From: Heptranchias perlo
Taxonomy: Eukaryota
Length of the DNA: 64,000 nt
Reading direction: 5' to 3'
Assembly (NCBI RefSeq): GCF_035084215.1
Contig: NC_090345.1
Span: 33,480,001-33,544,000 of the forward strand
The position numbers and the translations under genes were made by a program. The notes below the pieces were generated by a model that made no database searches, was not told the DNA's origin, and saw only the letters and a program-made list of their open reading frames with translations. This document shows, piece by piece, positions 24,931 through 39,550 of the stretch (the first letter of the stretch is position 1; every line of letters begins with the position of its first letter).

Positions 24931-26502
24931 ATCTGATAGCTCAGCTCAGGCTGGAGCGATTTGAACATTTTCTTTCTTCTGAGCTGCTTAAGCAAGGATT
25001 CTAAAAGTTGCCTTTCAACAGTTTCAGACAGGGAAATCTTTTTTCTCCATCCTTTCTTCACCGAGCTCCCACCATGGGCTTCACAATGGGCTGTCCCATA
25101 TATGACCTTAGGCTAGGAGAGAACAGGAGGAGGATGAAGAGGGAATGAGAGAGGCATACAGAATAATGCTGCATCAGAGAAGACAACCAATTAGGAGGTA
25201 CCCTTCCACCAGAGTTTGTAGACCATACTGCTCCCTCAGAAGTGGTCTGCCTATGGGAATAACAGTTCAGTAAGGGGGCATAGAAGGAACTGTGTCTCCC
25301 ATTACAAACTGACCTCCAAACATTCTATCAAACACAAAACCCAAACAAAGAACAGATGTACCTCAGAACACTGGGCTTCATTTCACAAAATGTTTTTACC
25401 GTGCACCTTAATATCTTCAACAAATTATTAATTTTTAAATGTGCGCATTAATATTTACAACTACTGTTTCCATTTCTCACCACACTTCCCCCTAGTACTT
25501 CTCAGTACAATTCTTAAACCTCTCCAGGTGCTCATTCTCGGCACAACCTGAGGGCCAGAGGCATTAGAGGAGCTTGGCAGTGCTGTGGTAACTCTTTTGG
25601 GTTTTGCCTTTTATACCCAACTTCTCCCTCCCCTTCTCCAGGGGTAGAAAGAGTCACAACTCGATCTTTCCATAGCTCAGTCCTTCAGGATCCTTACACA
25701 GGTAATGGAGACTTAAATGATAAGAAGGGACATGAGCAAGAAACCCTGGCTGGGGTGTTCCACTTCCACAATCATCCATTAAAGTGAATGTGGGGTGCTG
25801 GGAAGGGATTGCAGGCTGGTGTGCACACAAGTGGGAAAGCGAGTCCACTGCTGGTAAATAATATTTATTGTACACAATCACGGGCTGTTTAACTGATTTT
25901 TGCTCCAGACGTTTACAGGGCAATTTTAAGTCTCCCTGTTTGGCGAGAAAGGAGCGGGGAGACAGTTTAAATGGTACGGCTCCATCTACGCCGGTCTGCA
26001 ATTGTAACGCCGCAGGTTTTGGTGGCAGGTGGCAAATTGCTTTGTGAGCCTTAAAGCACCATTTGTCAATTGTTTTTAGGTAAGAAATAACGATAATATT
26101 TGTCTGCATTTCACAAAGTCTGTTCCATATATCACGATGATTACAGCCATTATATTGTTTCATTGCTTATTTTGGGGTGTGTGCTTCACATAAAAGGTAT
26201 AAAACGACTGCCTGCTGGAAGGCCACTGTATCAATATAAGAATGTCTTATTTCAGGTCAGCATTTATTTCAGTGCTGAAGTTGGGGGAAAGATGGACTCT
26301 GTATTTAACATTCCCACGTTTCCCAGATTGTTTTCCGTCCTATTGTTTTGAAAATACATTTAAGTCAATGGAAAAGAAACTTGAGCGGGTGTGAAATGAG
26401 CTATCACCCGTTTTGCCCCATCACCGAAGACCAATTTCACCCCCAAGCATGTTTTTTTTGGAATGCACTAAGGTAAGGCTGGAATATTGCGTATAGGCAA
26501 AT

Positions 26503-29500
26503 ATAGAAACATAGAAAATAGGAGCAGGAGTAGGCCATTCGACCCTTCGAGCCTACTCCGCCATTCAATATGATCATGGCTGATCCTCTACCTCAATACC
26601 ATATTCTTTTTTTTTATTCGTTCATGGGATGTGGGCGTCGCTGGCGAGGCCGGCATTTATTGCCCATTCCTAATTGCCCTTGAGAAGGTGGTGGTGAGCC
26701 GCCTTCTTGAACTGCTGCAGTCCATGTGGTGAAGGTTCTCCCACAGTGCTGTTAGGAAGGGAGTTCCAGGATTTTGACCCAGCGACGATGAAGGAACGGC
26801 GATATATTTCAAAGTCGGGATGGTGTGTGACTTGGAGGGGAACGTGCAGGTGGTGTTGTTCCCATGTGCCTGCTGCTTTTGTCCTTCTAGGTGGTAGAGG
26901 TTGCGGGGGTGGGAGGTGCTGTCGAAGAAGCCTTGACAAGTTGCTGCAGTGCATCTTGTGGATGGTACACACTGCAGCCACTGTGCGCCGATGGTGAAGG
27001 GAGTGAATGTTTAGGGTGGTGGATGGGGTGCCAATCAAGCAGGCTGCTTTGCCCTGGATTGTATCGAGCTTCTTGAGTGTTGTTGGAGCTGCACTCATCC
27101 AGGCAAATGGAGAGTATTCCATCACACTCCTGACTTGTGCCTTGTAGATGGTCGAAAGGCTTTGGGGAGTCAGAAGGTGAACTCGCCGCAGAATACCCAG
27201 CCTCTGACCTGCTCTCGTAGCCACAGTATTTATATGGCTGGTCCAATTAAGTTTCTGGTCAATGGTGACCCCCAGGATGTTGATGGTGGGGGATTCGGCG
27301 ATGGTAATGCCGTTGAATGTCAAGGGGAGGTGGTTAAACTCTCTCTTGTTGGAGATGGTCATTGCCTGGCACTTGTCTGGCGCGAATGTTACTTGCCACT
27401 TATGAGCCCAAGCCTGGATGTTGTCCAGGTCTTGCTGCATGCGGGCTCGGACTGCTTCATTATTTGAGGGGTTGCGAATGGAACTGAACACTGGAGGGAA
27501 GGTCATTGATGAAGCAGCTGAAGATGGTTGGGACTAGGACACTGCCCTGAGGAACTCCTGCAGCAATGCCCTGTGGCTGAGATGATTGGCCTCCAACAAC
27601 CACTACCATCTTCCTTTGTGCTAGGTATGACTCCAGCCACTGGAGAGTTTTCCCCCTGATTCCCATTGACTTCAATTTTACTAGGGCTCCTTGGAGCTAC
27701 ACTCGGTCAAATGCTGCCTTGATGTCAAGGGCAGTCACTCTCCTCTCACCTCACCTCTGGAATTCAGCTCTTTTGTCCATGTTTGGACCAAGGCTGTAAT
27801 GAGGTCTGGAGCCGAGTGGTCCTGGCAGAACCCAAACTGAGCATCGGTGAGCAGGTTATTGGTGAGTATGTGCTGTTTACACCCCTTGGTGCCTTTTGTG
27901 TCTAGAAATCTATCTAGCTCTTTCTTAAATATATTCAGTGACTTGGCTCCACAGCCTTCTGTGTTAGAGAATTCCACAGGTTCACCACCCTCCGAGTGAA
28001 GAAATTTCTCCGCATCTCAGCCCTAAATGTCCTACCCCGTATCCTGAGACTATGACACCTCATTCTGGACCCCCCAGCCAGGGGAAACATCCTCTCTGCA
28101 TCCAGTCTGTCTAGCCCTGTCAGAATTTTAAATGTTTCAATGAGATCCCCTCTCATTCTTCTAAACTTGAGTGAATACAGGCCGAGTCGACCCAATCTCT
28201 CCTCATACGACAGTCCTGCCATCCCAGGAATCAGTCTGGTGAACCTTTGTGCACTCCCTCTATGGCAAGTATATCCTTTCTTAGGTAAGGAGAGCAAAAC
28301 TGCACACAATACTCCAGGTGTGGTCTCACCAAGACCCTGTATAACTGCAGTAAAACATCCTTGCTCCTCTTGCAATGAAGGCCAACATACCATTTGCCTT
28401 CCTAACTGTTTGCTGCATCTGCATGTTTGCTTTCAGTGACTGGTGTACAAGAACACCCAGGTCCCTTTGTACATCAACATTTCCCAATCTATCATGATTT
28501 AAATAATACTCTGCCTTTCTGTTTTTCCTTTCGAAGTGGATAACTTCACATTTATCCACATTATGCTGCATCTGCCATGTATTTGCCCACTCACTCAACT
28601 TGTCTAAATTGCCTTGAAGCCTCTTTGCATCCTCCTCACAACTCACCATCCCACCTAGTTTTGTGTCGTCAGCAAACTTGGAAATATTACATTTGGTCCC
28701 CTCATCCAAATCATTGATATATATTGTGAATAGCTAGGCCCCAAGCACTGATCCCTGCGGTACCCCACTAGTCACTGCCTGCCACCCTGAAAAAGACTCA
28801 TTTATTCCTACTCTCTGTTTCCTGTCTGTTAACCAGTTTTCAATCCATGCCAATATATTACCGCCAATCCCATGTGCTTTAATTTTGCACACTAGCCTTT
28901 TATGCGGGACTTTATCAAAGGCCTTCTGAAAATCCAAATAAACCACATCCACTGGTTCTCCCTTATCTATTCTACCAGTTACATCCTCAAAAACCTCCAG
29001 TAGGTTTGTCAAACACGATTTCCCTTCCATAAATCCATGTTGACTTTGTCTAATCCCGTTGATATTTTCTAAGTGTCCTGTTATCACATCCTTTATAATA
29101 GACTCTAGCATTTTCCGTGCTACTGATGTTAGGCTAGCCGGCCTGTAGTTCCCTGTTTTCTCTCTCCCTCCTTTTTTAAATAGTGGGGTTACATTTCCCA
29201 CCCTCCAATCTGCAGGAACTATTCCATAATCTATAGAATTTTGGAAGGTGACAACTAATGCATCCATTATTTCCATGGCTACCTCTTTTAGTACTCTGGG
29301 ATGCAGATTATCAGGCCCTGGGGATTTATCGGCCTTCAGTCCCATTAATTTCTCCAGCACTATTTTTTTACTAATACTAATTTCCTTTAATTCCTCCTTC
29401 CCACTAATCCCTTGGTTCCCTAGCATTTCTGGGTAGTTATTTGTATCCTTTTCCCATTTCTGACTGTAAGGGACCTACATTTGTCTTGACTAATCTTTTT

Positions 29501-30650
29501 CTTTTTACATACTTGTAGAAGCTTTTACAGTCCACTTTTATGTCCCTTGCAAGTTTACTCTCATACTCTATTTTTTCCCTCTTAATCAATCTCTTGATCC
29601 TTTTTTGCTGAATTCTAAACTGCTCCCAATCCATAGGCTTGCTACTTTTTCTGGCAACTTTATATGGCTCCTCTCTGGATCTAGTACTATCCTTAATTTC
29701 TTTTGTTAGCCATGGTTGGGCTGCTTTTCCTTTTGTGTTTTTGCGCCAGAAAGGAATGTATAATTGTTGCAATTCATGCATTTGTTCCTTAAATGTTAGC
29801 AATTGCCTATCCACCGTCATGCCTTTTAATGAAGCTTCCCAGTCTATCATAGCCAACTCACTCCTCATACCTTTGTAGTTTCCTTTGTTTAGATTTAGGA
29901 CCCTAGTTTCGGATTGTACTACTTTACTTTCCATCTTAATGAAGAATTCTATCATGTTATGGTCACTCTTCCTTAAAGGACCCCGCACAAGAAGATTATT
30001 AATTATCTTATTGCAAAATACCCAATCTAGGATAGCCTGTTCCCCGGTTGGCTCCTCAAAGTACTGGTCTAAAAAACCATCTCGTACACACTCCAGGAAT
30101 GCATCCTCCACAGTATTATTGCTAATTTGGTTTGGCCAGTCTATATGTAGATTAAAGTCACCCGTGATTACTGTAGTACCTTTGTTACATGCATCTTTAA
30201 TTTCCTGTTTGATCCCATCCCCTACATTACCACTACTGTTTGAAGGCCTATAGACAACTCCCACCAGTGTTTTCGCCTCTTGGTGCTTCTTAACTCCACT
30301 CAGACTGATTCTACATCTTGGTTTTCTGAGCCAATATCCTTTCTCACTATTACTCTGATTTCATCCTTTACTAACAACGCCACCCCACCTCCTTTTCCTT
30401 TTTGCCTGTCCTTCCTAAATATAGAATACTCTTGGATATTCAGCTCCCAGCCTTGGTCACCCTGCAGCCATGTCTCTGTAATCGCAATTATATCATATCC
30501 GTTTACATCTATTTGTGCTGTGAATTTGTCTACCTTATTATGAATGCTTCGTGCATTCAGATACAGTGCCTTTAGATTTGTCTTTTTAACATTTTTAGAC
30601 ATCTTAACATTTTTTTGTACTATGGCCCTATTTGTCTTATTACCATTTTT
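26503..30650 (-). mobile_element. CR1 LINE with near-complete but frameshifted ORF2 (APE endonuclease + RT), with its 3' end split by LINE-A
   Basis: Successive ORFs: LYLNARSI..IAITETWL (30300-30602), GVVYRP..GDFN..SDHNMI (29437-30264), SPGPD..FQKAFDKVPH..QGSVLG (28734-29426), SKFADDTKL (28326-28709), RRMRGDLIE..WNSL (27935-28393); tail at 26503-26606. Confidence 0.95.
26607..27878 (-). mobile_element. LINE-A copy 2, 5'-truncated, with an internal deletion removing the FADD motif
   Basis: Poly-T plus the family tail at 26607; RT motifs; junction gaacactg|gagggaagg near 27493 lacks the IRSEMGMFADDCT segment. Confidence 0.95.
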
Positions 30651-33182
30651 TCTTACCTGGACCCTATTTTTTTAGTGCATTCTTTTGTTTGTACGCTCTG
30701 TCCTTTCCTGACACAATCTGGTTATCCTTACCCCAATCACTTTCCTGCACTACTTCTTTGACTTTTTGGTGTTGCCAATGTTGCTTTTGGAAGTGTTTGT
30801 CTTCTTTAAATTTGTGACATTTATATTGTATTAGTAATAGTTTGAAAGCTGGTGATTACAGAACTTGCAATGTTCTTGGTTTTATCGTGTTTTGCTGATG
30901 ATCAGCTGTCTCCCTGTTTTTAATTGGTCCCAGGATCAGCAGCTGGTCAGCCATCTCTGTTGATGATTGAGTTGCTCTGAACTGTCAGGAACCCTCAAAT
31001 AATCTTCACCGAGTATTTTGCAGTTGACAATTTCCACTTTGCCAATATGTAGACACTGTTACAGTGTTTTTTTTAAATACAATTCTCCGCTTCCTGATTA
31101 AACTAGCAGATCACAATGAATTTATTTGTGATAAGTTCTAGACATTATTCTTCCCTTGGAGTTTAAAATGTGATGCTAGTTCCAAAAATCTCCTTTTCCA
31201 CTTTAGAATTCTTCAATAAAAGTCCACCTCATGACCTTTCAAACATTCTTTCCTCGGGCTACAAGTCTGTGTGGGTGTTGTTTTTCATACCACTTTTGTT
31301 ATTCCCTCCAGCAAGGAGAGTGTGTTTCAGGTTTAACCCTCATCAGTCTACTTAATGCCCTATAGATCATGTAATTCATTTATATGATTTGCACAAAACA
31401 CGGCTGTTTAACATGTGCCAAATTGGGAGGTAAAATATCTACGCTGTGAAATGATGGAAATCCAGTACTAATGTCACTGTATTTGTGCCAAGATGAAAGA
31501 GAGGAGGAAAATCAAACTCAATGTGCCTTAAACAACATGCACAGATGATTTCTTACAGCTCTTCTAGTCATTTTCTGCACTAGAAAGTGGTAAATGAGAA
31601 TGAATAGCAATGAGTTTCTTCTTCTAGCATGTGATTTAACTCCTGCTGTGTCAACCCATTGGCTGTGAGATCAAAGTAACAATAGTAGCTTGAAACAGCA
31701 ACTGCCAGGAGCTTTGCACATATGTAGGAATGTCATTTTCACTAGCAGCACCGTGCACACTACTTGCATAACAAGTCAATCATCAGCAAAGGACCCGCAG
31801 CAGCGCAGAAGCTGCTCAGCGCTTTTGGAAGATTTTATTCTGAATTAAATTAGCAATTATGATGAGATTTCTAGCAGCCATTTAAATGCTTCAGACAGAA
31901 ATTCGATTAAGATGAGTTCTATTCAAGCAAGCAATTTTTGGGGTTTAGAAGTAATTTCCTTTCAGATCATTGGTTGCAGGCTGTCTTGAAAGCCCATAGA
32001 GAAGATGTACTGAGTTACTAAAATTTTTACAATAATATGTGTGATCTTCTGGGAAAAGCAATTTGCAACTTTTATTTGTCTATAGTGTTATAATACTTAT
32101 TTGATGTCATAACTGTGATGTTTTAAATGCTATATAATGCGATATATATAAGCATTTAAAATATCTTAGTTGTATCTGAAAGCATTTTTGTTGTCATCTA
32201 ATATTACTCACTATTCTATTAAAATATATTCTTTAAAAGAGAATTGAATGTTGAGATTGTTTGCTGGTAAGTGCATTGGCTTCCAAATGGTTTGAATGAA
32301 AATAAAGTGTGTAAGAAATTATAGCATTCCTTTATCAGTTTCATGGTGGTCAAGAAAGGCTTGCTTTTAGAAATTGTCAACCAGTGTTTGCAGTATCTGC
32401 AATAGATAAAGAAACCATTTCCATGCTTTTTACTGAAGAAACAAATGCTGATAAAAATTAAATTGTTATGTGCCATATTATTGGAAAAATAGAATACATT
32501 ATGTATCTTGAAGTTTAGTCCAAGTAATATAATTGTGCAGCTTGTAATCATAAAAATAAATTATAATAGTTGGTGCTCACATAAAAGAGCAATGTTATTA
32601 TGGAAACATGTCTTAAAAGGCACTCTGTCAGCTTTAAAAATGGAGCAAAGCACAACACAGCACATTGGCATTTTCATGTTGTCATTATGATTTGTGCTAC
32701 AAAGTATTATTTTTAATCTTTGCTTTGTTTAACCCAAGATATAAATGTGAAAACTCAGCAGATGGAAAGTACGCAGCAGCATTCAGCAAAGTCCCTTCGA
32801 CAGAGGAACTTCCCCGAATTGGGTCTGTCTGGAAAGTCTCCAATACACCAATCCTGCCGCTTTAAGTTATTTTTCAGGAGTAGTCTCCAAACAATAAAAA
32901 TACGACCTTTTTGTTTATTCAGAGAATGCCGTGTAGTTGCATAGCAATATTGGAAAAAAACAGACTTGACAGTTTTCCATGACTTACTTTCTAAGACCTT
33001 TTGTAAACTTACTTAAATTAACTGTTCATTCAGCAAAAATTGTTCCTTCAACTGGAGGAAAATATCCTGAAGAGAAACCAGTAAGAAACTAGGGTCTCTT
33101 GCATCCAGCATTGCTTTGTGGTAATGATACGAAAGAAGTTGAATGACATCATTGCCGCCCATTGTGAATACGCCCACCCATA

Positions 33183-33761
33183 TTTTTTTAAAAATTCGTT
33201 CATGGGATGTGGGCATCACTGGCGAGGCCGGCATTTATTGCCTATCCCTAATTGCGCGAGAATGTAGTGGTGAACCGCTGCAGTCCGTGTGGTGAAGGTT
33301 CTCTCACAGTGCTGTTAGGAAGGGAGTTCCAGGATTTTGACCCAGCGACGATGAAGGAACGGCGATATATTTCCAAGTCGAGATGGTGTGTGACTTGGAG
33401 GGGAACGTGCAGTGGTGTTGTTCCCATGTACCTGCTGCCCTTGTCCTTCTATGTGGTAGAGGTCGCGGGTTTGGGAGGTGCTGTCAAAGAAGCCTTGGCG
33501 AGCTGCTGCAGTGCATCCTGTGGATGGTACACACTGCAGCCACTGTGCGCCGGTGGTGAAGGGAGTGAATGTTTAGGGTGGTGGATGGGGTGCCAATCAA
33601 GGGGCTGCTTTATCCTGGATGGTGTCGAGCTTCTTGAGCTGCACTCATCCAGGCAAGTGGAGAGTATTCCATCACACTCCTGACTTGTGCCTTGTAGATG
33701 TTGGAAAGGCTTTGGGGAGTCAGGAGGTGAGTCACTCGCCATAGAATACCCAGCCTCTGAC
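33183..33761 (-). mobile_element. LINE-A copy 3 (3' fragment)
   Basis: Matches the 3' ~600 bp of the family, with small deletions. Confidence 0.9.
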
Positions 33762-33949
33762 ATTATTCAACAGTCACCTTCACTTCCAGTGGAAAACACT
33801 GGAACTGACAGCGACTGGCAGGAAGTTGGAGGAATGGCTCCCTGGCAGATCTTCTGTCCCAGATCCACTCAAAATCAGACAAACCTGAGTGGAAGATCAA
33901 CCCTATGGTTTCAATCTCCTGCTTTATTCAGGTATAGTGAGCTGTATAG

Positions 33950-34290
33950 TGGGTTATCTGGTGGCCTGGAAGGATGCTGTTGCATAGAAGGTTAATGCTG
34001 TTGTGACTTCTCTAGCTGTGGGAAAAGCAGTCCCAGTCCTTGAGGTCGTCAGTAAGTCTGCCCACAGCAGATGGCATAGCTCAGACATAAGCTCTCCAGT
34101 GAGATGGCAGCAGCAAATACGGGTGTACTCTGACATAACCAGCTCGGAGCGATGTGGTCTGTACACATACTTCCTGTGGTGTCAGTGGACCTGTAGATGT
34201 TGTGCCCTCATCAATTGGTCCTCCTCATCCAATTCATGCAGCACTGTGGGAACAGCTAAAGGGATTCCTGTTCTCCCAATTTTGTTAGGT
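33950..34290 (-). pseudogene. HARBI1-like transposase N-terminal remnant
   Basis: YRPHRS...ELCHLLWADL...GTAFPTAREVTTALTFYATASFQA (ORF 33954-34166). Confidence 0.75.
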
Positions 34291-34934
34291 GCATTTCAGA
34301 CTTCAGCAGCAGTTAGGAAGACTTCAAGGAAGCGTGGCTTAGCAAACTGAAGGCTTCAGCAAAAAGCTACAAAAGTACAAGTGTGTAGGAATGCAGAGGT
34401 AGAGACATGCTCCCAGACAAAAAGGCATACTTCAGCAGCAACTTCGCTTTAAGACCTCCAAATATGGTCAGGCCCATTATGCAGCCATATGCCTATTTTT
34501 TATGGGTGAGATGAATGCTGGCAGCAGAGCCTCACTCATAGTTGTGAAGATTGGCTTAGCACTCATTTTAATAATTATACACTGCTAATGAAGCTCGTAC
34601 ATGCCTGTACTGCAGTCTCAATGCATAAAATTTAGGCCCATATTCGCTATTTTTTGTGTCTTTGAGACTGCAAAACTAATAAACATGTAAAATTTTAAAA
34701 GAATCACTTGCAATGATATTTGCATAAAGCACAGATGGGAGTGGATGAACAGCTCCAATCATTATGTTCTGTGTAGCTACTGGAGTTCAAGAGGTCACCC
34801 CATGTATTAGTTAAGTACACAACTGGATTGAACCATTTCTCAGAAGCAACTGAGGTTGAATGTTTTTTTATGAAGCAGAAATAAAGCTGTCGTCAATACA
34901 AGCTACTGAGCAAGTTGTGAATAGGAGACATCAC

Positions 34935-35510
34935 GGGGGCAATTTTCAACTGCCACTCGTCCATTTCTTGCCTGAAAAATGGGAGACTGGCAGAGAAAAA
35001 TCAGGTGGGTACCTTGGACAACCCTTTGCACTGAAGAACCACCTGATACAATTTTCTGTCAGGCCTTTAAATGGACACCCAGCATTCTTACCCAAAACAG
35101 GCAGGACGCTGTTCAAATATGCAAATGTAGGTCCTATGCCAGTTGTAGGTCCCTGATTTCCATTTTCATGTACAAATGATGGAGGGGACGCCGTGTACGC
35201 CAGCCCCAGTTGAACCAGGTGGGAATTTTTGTGAGGCCCAGAGAAGGATTGCTGCCGAGCCGTTCTTGCCCACCCATTAAAAGGCCTGACCTGCTGGCTG
35301 GCTCCATACAGAAGTCAACCAATTTTCTGGCCTTCCAGAACTGGCGTGCTGCAGTGCAGCGGCCATTTGGCGCCCTCAGCTCTCCGGTTAAATTCAAATG
35401 AGGCCCAAACCTGAAAACGATTCGGGCCTCCCAACGGTGACTGTGGGCCAGCAGCGCCGACAAACTGCTAACTTCATGCCCAATTTGGACTACAGTTAAA
35501 AATTAACCCT
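34935..35510. mobile_element. Non-autonomous TIR DNA element
   Basis: GGGGGCAATTTTCAACT with reverse complement AGGGTTAATTTTTAACT; flanks CAC/CAT. Confidence 0.6.
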
Positions 35511-36864
35511 CATTACATGGACATTATGAATAAAAATGTATCCAGAGTGTTTACAGTTTGAAATTGCGAAGGACGTTCAATAACCAAGAGTTAGATATTT
35601 TGTTCTAGTACTATGTGACATAGTTTCTGGTAATTGATGATGGGCATATTGGATCACCTGGGTGGAGCACATACAGGAAAATCGGGATGATGCAATCCAG
35701 GGCAATCGAATATGTCCAGTCGCCATAACAGGAAAATTTACCTCTATAATTGTTAATAAATATGAACCATATTGTAAGTAGTTCCAGTCAGCATTCATAG
35801 CTAATTATGTTAAAGATGTAAGAATTTAGAAAGACACAAATTGCGAGTGACCTAATTACACTGAGGCATGGTGCAATTTGAATCTCATCATCTTCCAGGG
35901 TAACCTTCATTTTTATGGAGTTTTCTATATCAGATCATCACTGGTGTAAGAAAGGGAAAGTATTAGATTGATTGGTGTGTCAATGATACCATAATCAGGT
36001 AACAGCAATTTCAAAACCCTTAGGGCCAGGATGTGTCAGAACATGCTGTTTGTTTCAACTACTTGTACCATCTGCACTTTCAGCAAATATAGGGTATGGT
36101 CTCACAGGCACATCAAAAGTACTGAAGCCAACAACAATATGAAGGTGATTATTCCTGATTAATTCCCTTGGTACCTAAGGCAAAACTACAATTATTGAAT
36201 GAGTTTTTGTAATTTAACTCTTTTAAATGCTGAGCTGTGTTGACACTGACAGAATCTCAATGCCTTCAGGGACAGTAATGTTGCAAAGTGTTATGCAATA
36301 TCGTTTTCACAAGGTGCAGCGTAACACTTAGTCTGTGTAATTGCTACATAACGTATACAGTATCTGAGACAGATACGGATATAATTGACATATTTTGTAA
36401 ACACTGATAGCCATTAGCCATTTCTTCATGAGGAAAACTGATATGATGAATTGGTTCTGGCATTCTTTTCTACATAGACGGAAATCTCTTGATAGAGATA
36501 TTTATACCGGAAAGATCAGTGTTTTGACCTGAGATGCAAATTTCCATAATAAAAGGCATGACTCACAGAACAAAAAAAGCAGCTTTTTGCAATAAATGGA
36601 GGTTTTTGGACACTTCCTAATATAGCAAAATCTTAATTTTCAGGAAAAATTATTTGTAAGTTAAGTAACATGGCTACATAATGGAAATTCCAATATTATC
36701 AGGGCCGGCAGCTGGTAGGCAGGACTGATGTGCAGCATTAATCATGTACAGCATTATGCCGCTCTGATTAATTCCTTTTCCTCCTAATTAACTGAGTGGG
36801 TGCCAGTCTGTGATCTGTATCAGTTCTGTTCAGGGTGATGCCTTCTGTGGCACAGCATCATTTA

Positions 36865-37015
36865 CATAGGAACAGGAGTAGACCATTCAGCCCCTCGAGC
36901 CTGTTCTGCCATTCAATTAGACCATGGCCGATCTCTACCTCAACTCCCATTTACCCGGCTTTGATCCATATCCCTTGATACCCTTACCTAATAGAAAAAT
37001 CTGTTAATCTCATTT
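36865..37015 (-). mobile_element. CR1 3' tail fragment
   Basis: acataggaacaggagtagaccattcagcccctcgagcctg...catatcccttgataccctt. Confidence 0.8.
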
Positions 37016-39550
37016 ACTTACCCGTTTTCCTAGTTGTACTAATTTAACCAAAGAATTGTGGACTCTATTGGTGAGGAAGTGAATGTGCCTGAAGTATTTT
37101 TTACTCCAAAAATCTTATATATATTACAATGTAGATGTGCACACATCAGTGATGTAAAACAATGGCCCTGATATTTCTTCAATCTGCCCTCCTCCCCAAC
37201 CCTCACATCCACTCATCAGTCAGGCACCTGAATGCAGTCTGCTTGACATGACCATCATAGGTCTCGGTCCATTTTTCCATTCCATTGTGCCTGGGAAATG
37301 CTTAGAGGAAATTTTGCCCCAATGTGTCCACAGTGTAGTCCTAAACTGTTCCTTTTGATGTGTCAAAAACTGCAGGAGCCCTCTTCTGTATCTACAACAC
37401 TGTTTTTGTTGATATTTTAACATAATCACACAAAGATATTTAAACTTATAAGAATTCTGACTAAGAATTTTTAAACCTAACCTGTAGGAGAAAAGAAAGG
37501 AATAAATTACTGAAAAAATTGGATATAAATGTTTGAAGCTTCATCTATATGTAGATGAACTGTGTATACCAACTTAACCTCTGAACAGAGCCAATTGAAT
37601 CATGGCAGTAAGTGTTGGATTGTTGGGTCAAAAACTGAGACGAGCCAGCAAATTGCTTATTATTTGCAGTCTATCAGGAAACAACAGATGCTCACTGGCA
37701 TCTTAAGCACCTACCAATAGAGAACTTCATTTTATTTTACTTGCAAGAATATACTAGGCCGTATAACACAACATTTCAAGTAACTTTATTTTTTAAAAGC
37801 CTTTCTATGGAGAAATGGTCAAATGATCCCGAACTGGTGCAGGAATTTCCCTGTTCCCTCTGACCTGGAAATATTTGTACAAATGACAGCCAAATGCTGT
37901 ATTCTAAGGTGGCTGATGAATACAGACCATGAGGTGAAAATAACTGCAGCTTTTTCGGGGCTCTTCTGCCATAACTCCTGCAGGATTTTGGTGGAAGGAC
38001 TGAGAATGTGATCAGGACCTGGATGTGCCGGGTTCTGGCCTTCCCTGGGAATTTCCATGGAGCTCTGGCTGCCCGAAACAAGGACAGCAATGTAGGGCTA
38101 TGGCCAGGAGTGAGGACAGCCAAGCATGGAGTTTCCACTTCCATGGCCTGGTGGAGCATTGGTGGGTTGGTATGCCGAGTGCAACCAGCTCACTGAGTGG
38201 CGAAGCGGAGCCCAGATATTCCAGACCTGGATTATGGCCTGGAACCCTGAAGATGGCAGCTAACTTTTCAAAAACCTTTTGGCTCCCCCTTAGAAATGGG
38301 TCCGACGGGGCGTTTCTAGCATCTTTCTATGGGCAACCGTGGACCATATTGGTGCATTTTGCGACCTCCCCGGATGGTATGCCACAAGATGCGACCCCTA
38401 GTGATATGGGCTCCTGCCTCAGATATTTAAATTCAGTAACCTCACCCTGATCCTGCAAACTTTGATGGGGTCATCATCAGAGGGTCACAGGCAGGCACAC
38501 CAGGATGCTGGACTCGCGGATTTTCAGTTCCACATGTTTTGAAGGTCTGCAGTCTTTCCTTGTTTGTTAGAAACTGAATGTAAGAACAAATGCCCCATAG
38601 TGTCAGAGTGGAAGTAATTTACTCTTAATCTACAGGAACATTTTAAAAGGAGACACAGAAGGAAGAACATGAATGCATGAAGCCAGGAAAATAGCTTCTG
38701 ACCGCAACTTGTGCTTTAAGCTAAGTATCCAACCTTGTTCTAACCTGATTAAAATGCAGATCCTACATTATTTTGCTCAATTGTATCCTGCTATGTGTGA
38801 CTGCATCAATCGAAAAGTCATTTTAAAACAGAACATTAAAATGTTAAGCACTGTGAATACTGTTCAGTTCCAAGAGCCTATTATTCAAAATGCACCATTC
38901 CTAGCGAAACTAAAGATGGCAGGTAATCTTAGCCAGCAATTGGAAAAGCTTTAAAAGAAAGTGGGAAAATGACAAGATTGCATCAGGTTTCATTAAGCAG
39001 TCAAAAAATGTCAGAACCTCTACAGTAATTACCTGTATGGGTAGAGAGACATTGAAAATAGTTAATGGATTTCAGTTTGAGACTGATAAAGGCGAGGTTG
39101 TTCTAAGTAAGAAGTAACAGTTTTGTGATCAAAAGTCCAGTGAAACCTATAAGAAATTCGGCAAAGCTCCTGTAAATGGTAAATGCTATGGAAAATGGCA
39201 TGTCAGAAAGAAGGAAATGCATTCAGCTTGGGTTCAGAAGTATAATGCACGTAGAGAACTGGCCACTAATGATGGAGGCTTCGTCAAAGTTCACAAAGCA
39301 AGATGCAGCGGTCAAGTAACAGGATGTCTTCAAAGGAGATGGGAAGTTGAAAGGCACGCCGAACCTTTAAATTGATTCCAAATCCCCACCTCCACAGTTC
39401 CGTCCAAAAGCTATCTCTAACTGTAAAAAAGCATTTACCCCCAAAAAGCCATGGGCCACAACCCCAGCAATTATGCCAGAATTGGTGCCCTCTAGTGCTG
39501 ACCCCATTGGAGTACCTGTGCCAGTACAAGGGTATCTCACGCAGCCAGAA

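Noticed and set aside
25654-26163. 169-aa ORF
   Set aside because: No recognisable domain or splice structure; it overlaps MITE-like sequence.
36426-36529. Possible minus-strand terminal exon (GQNTDLSGIKYLYQEISVYVEKNARTNSSYQFSS)
   Set aside because: Acceptor-like site only, no recognisable protein match, and no consistent chain with other candidates (33013-33067, 37483, 50681).
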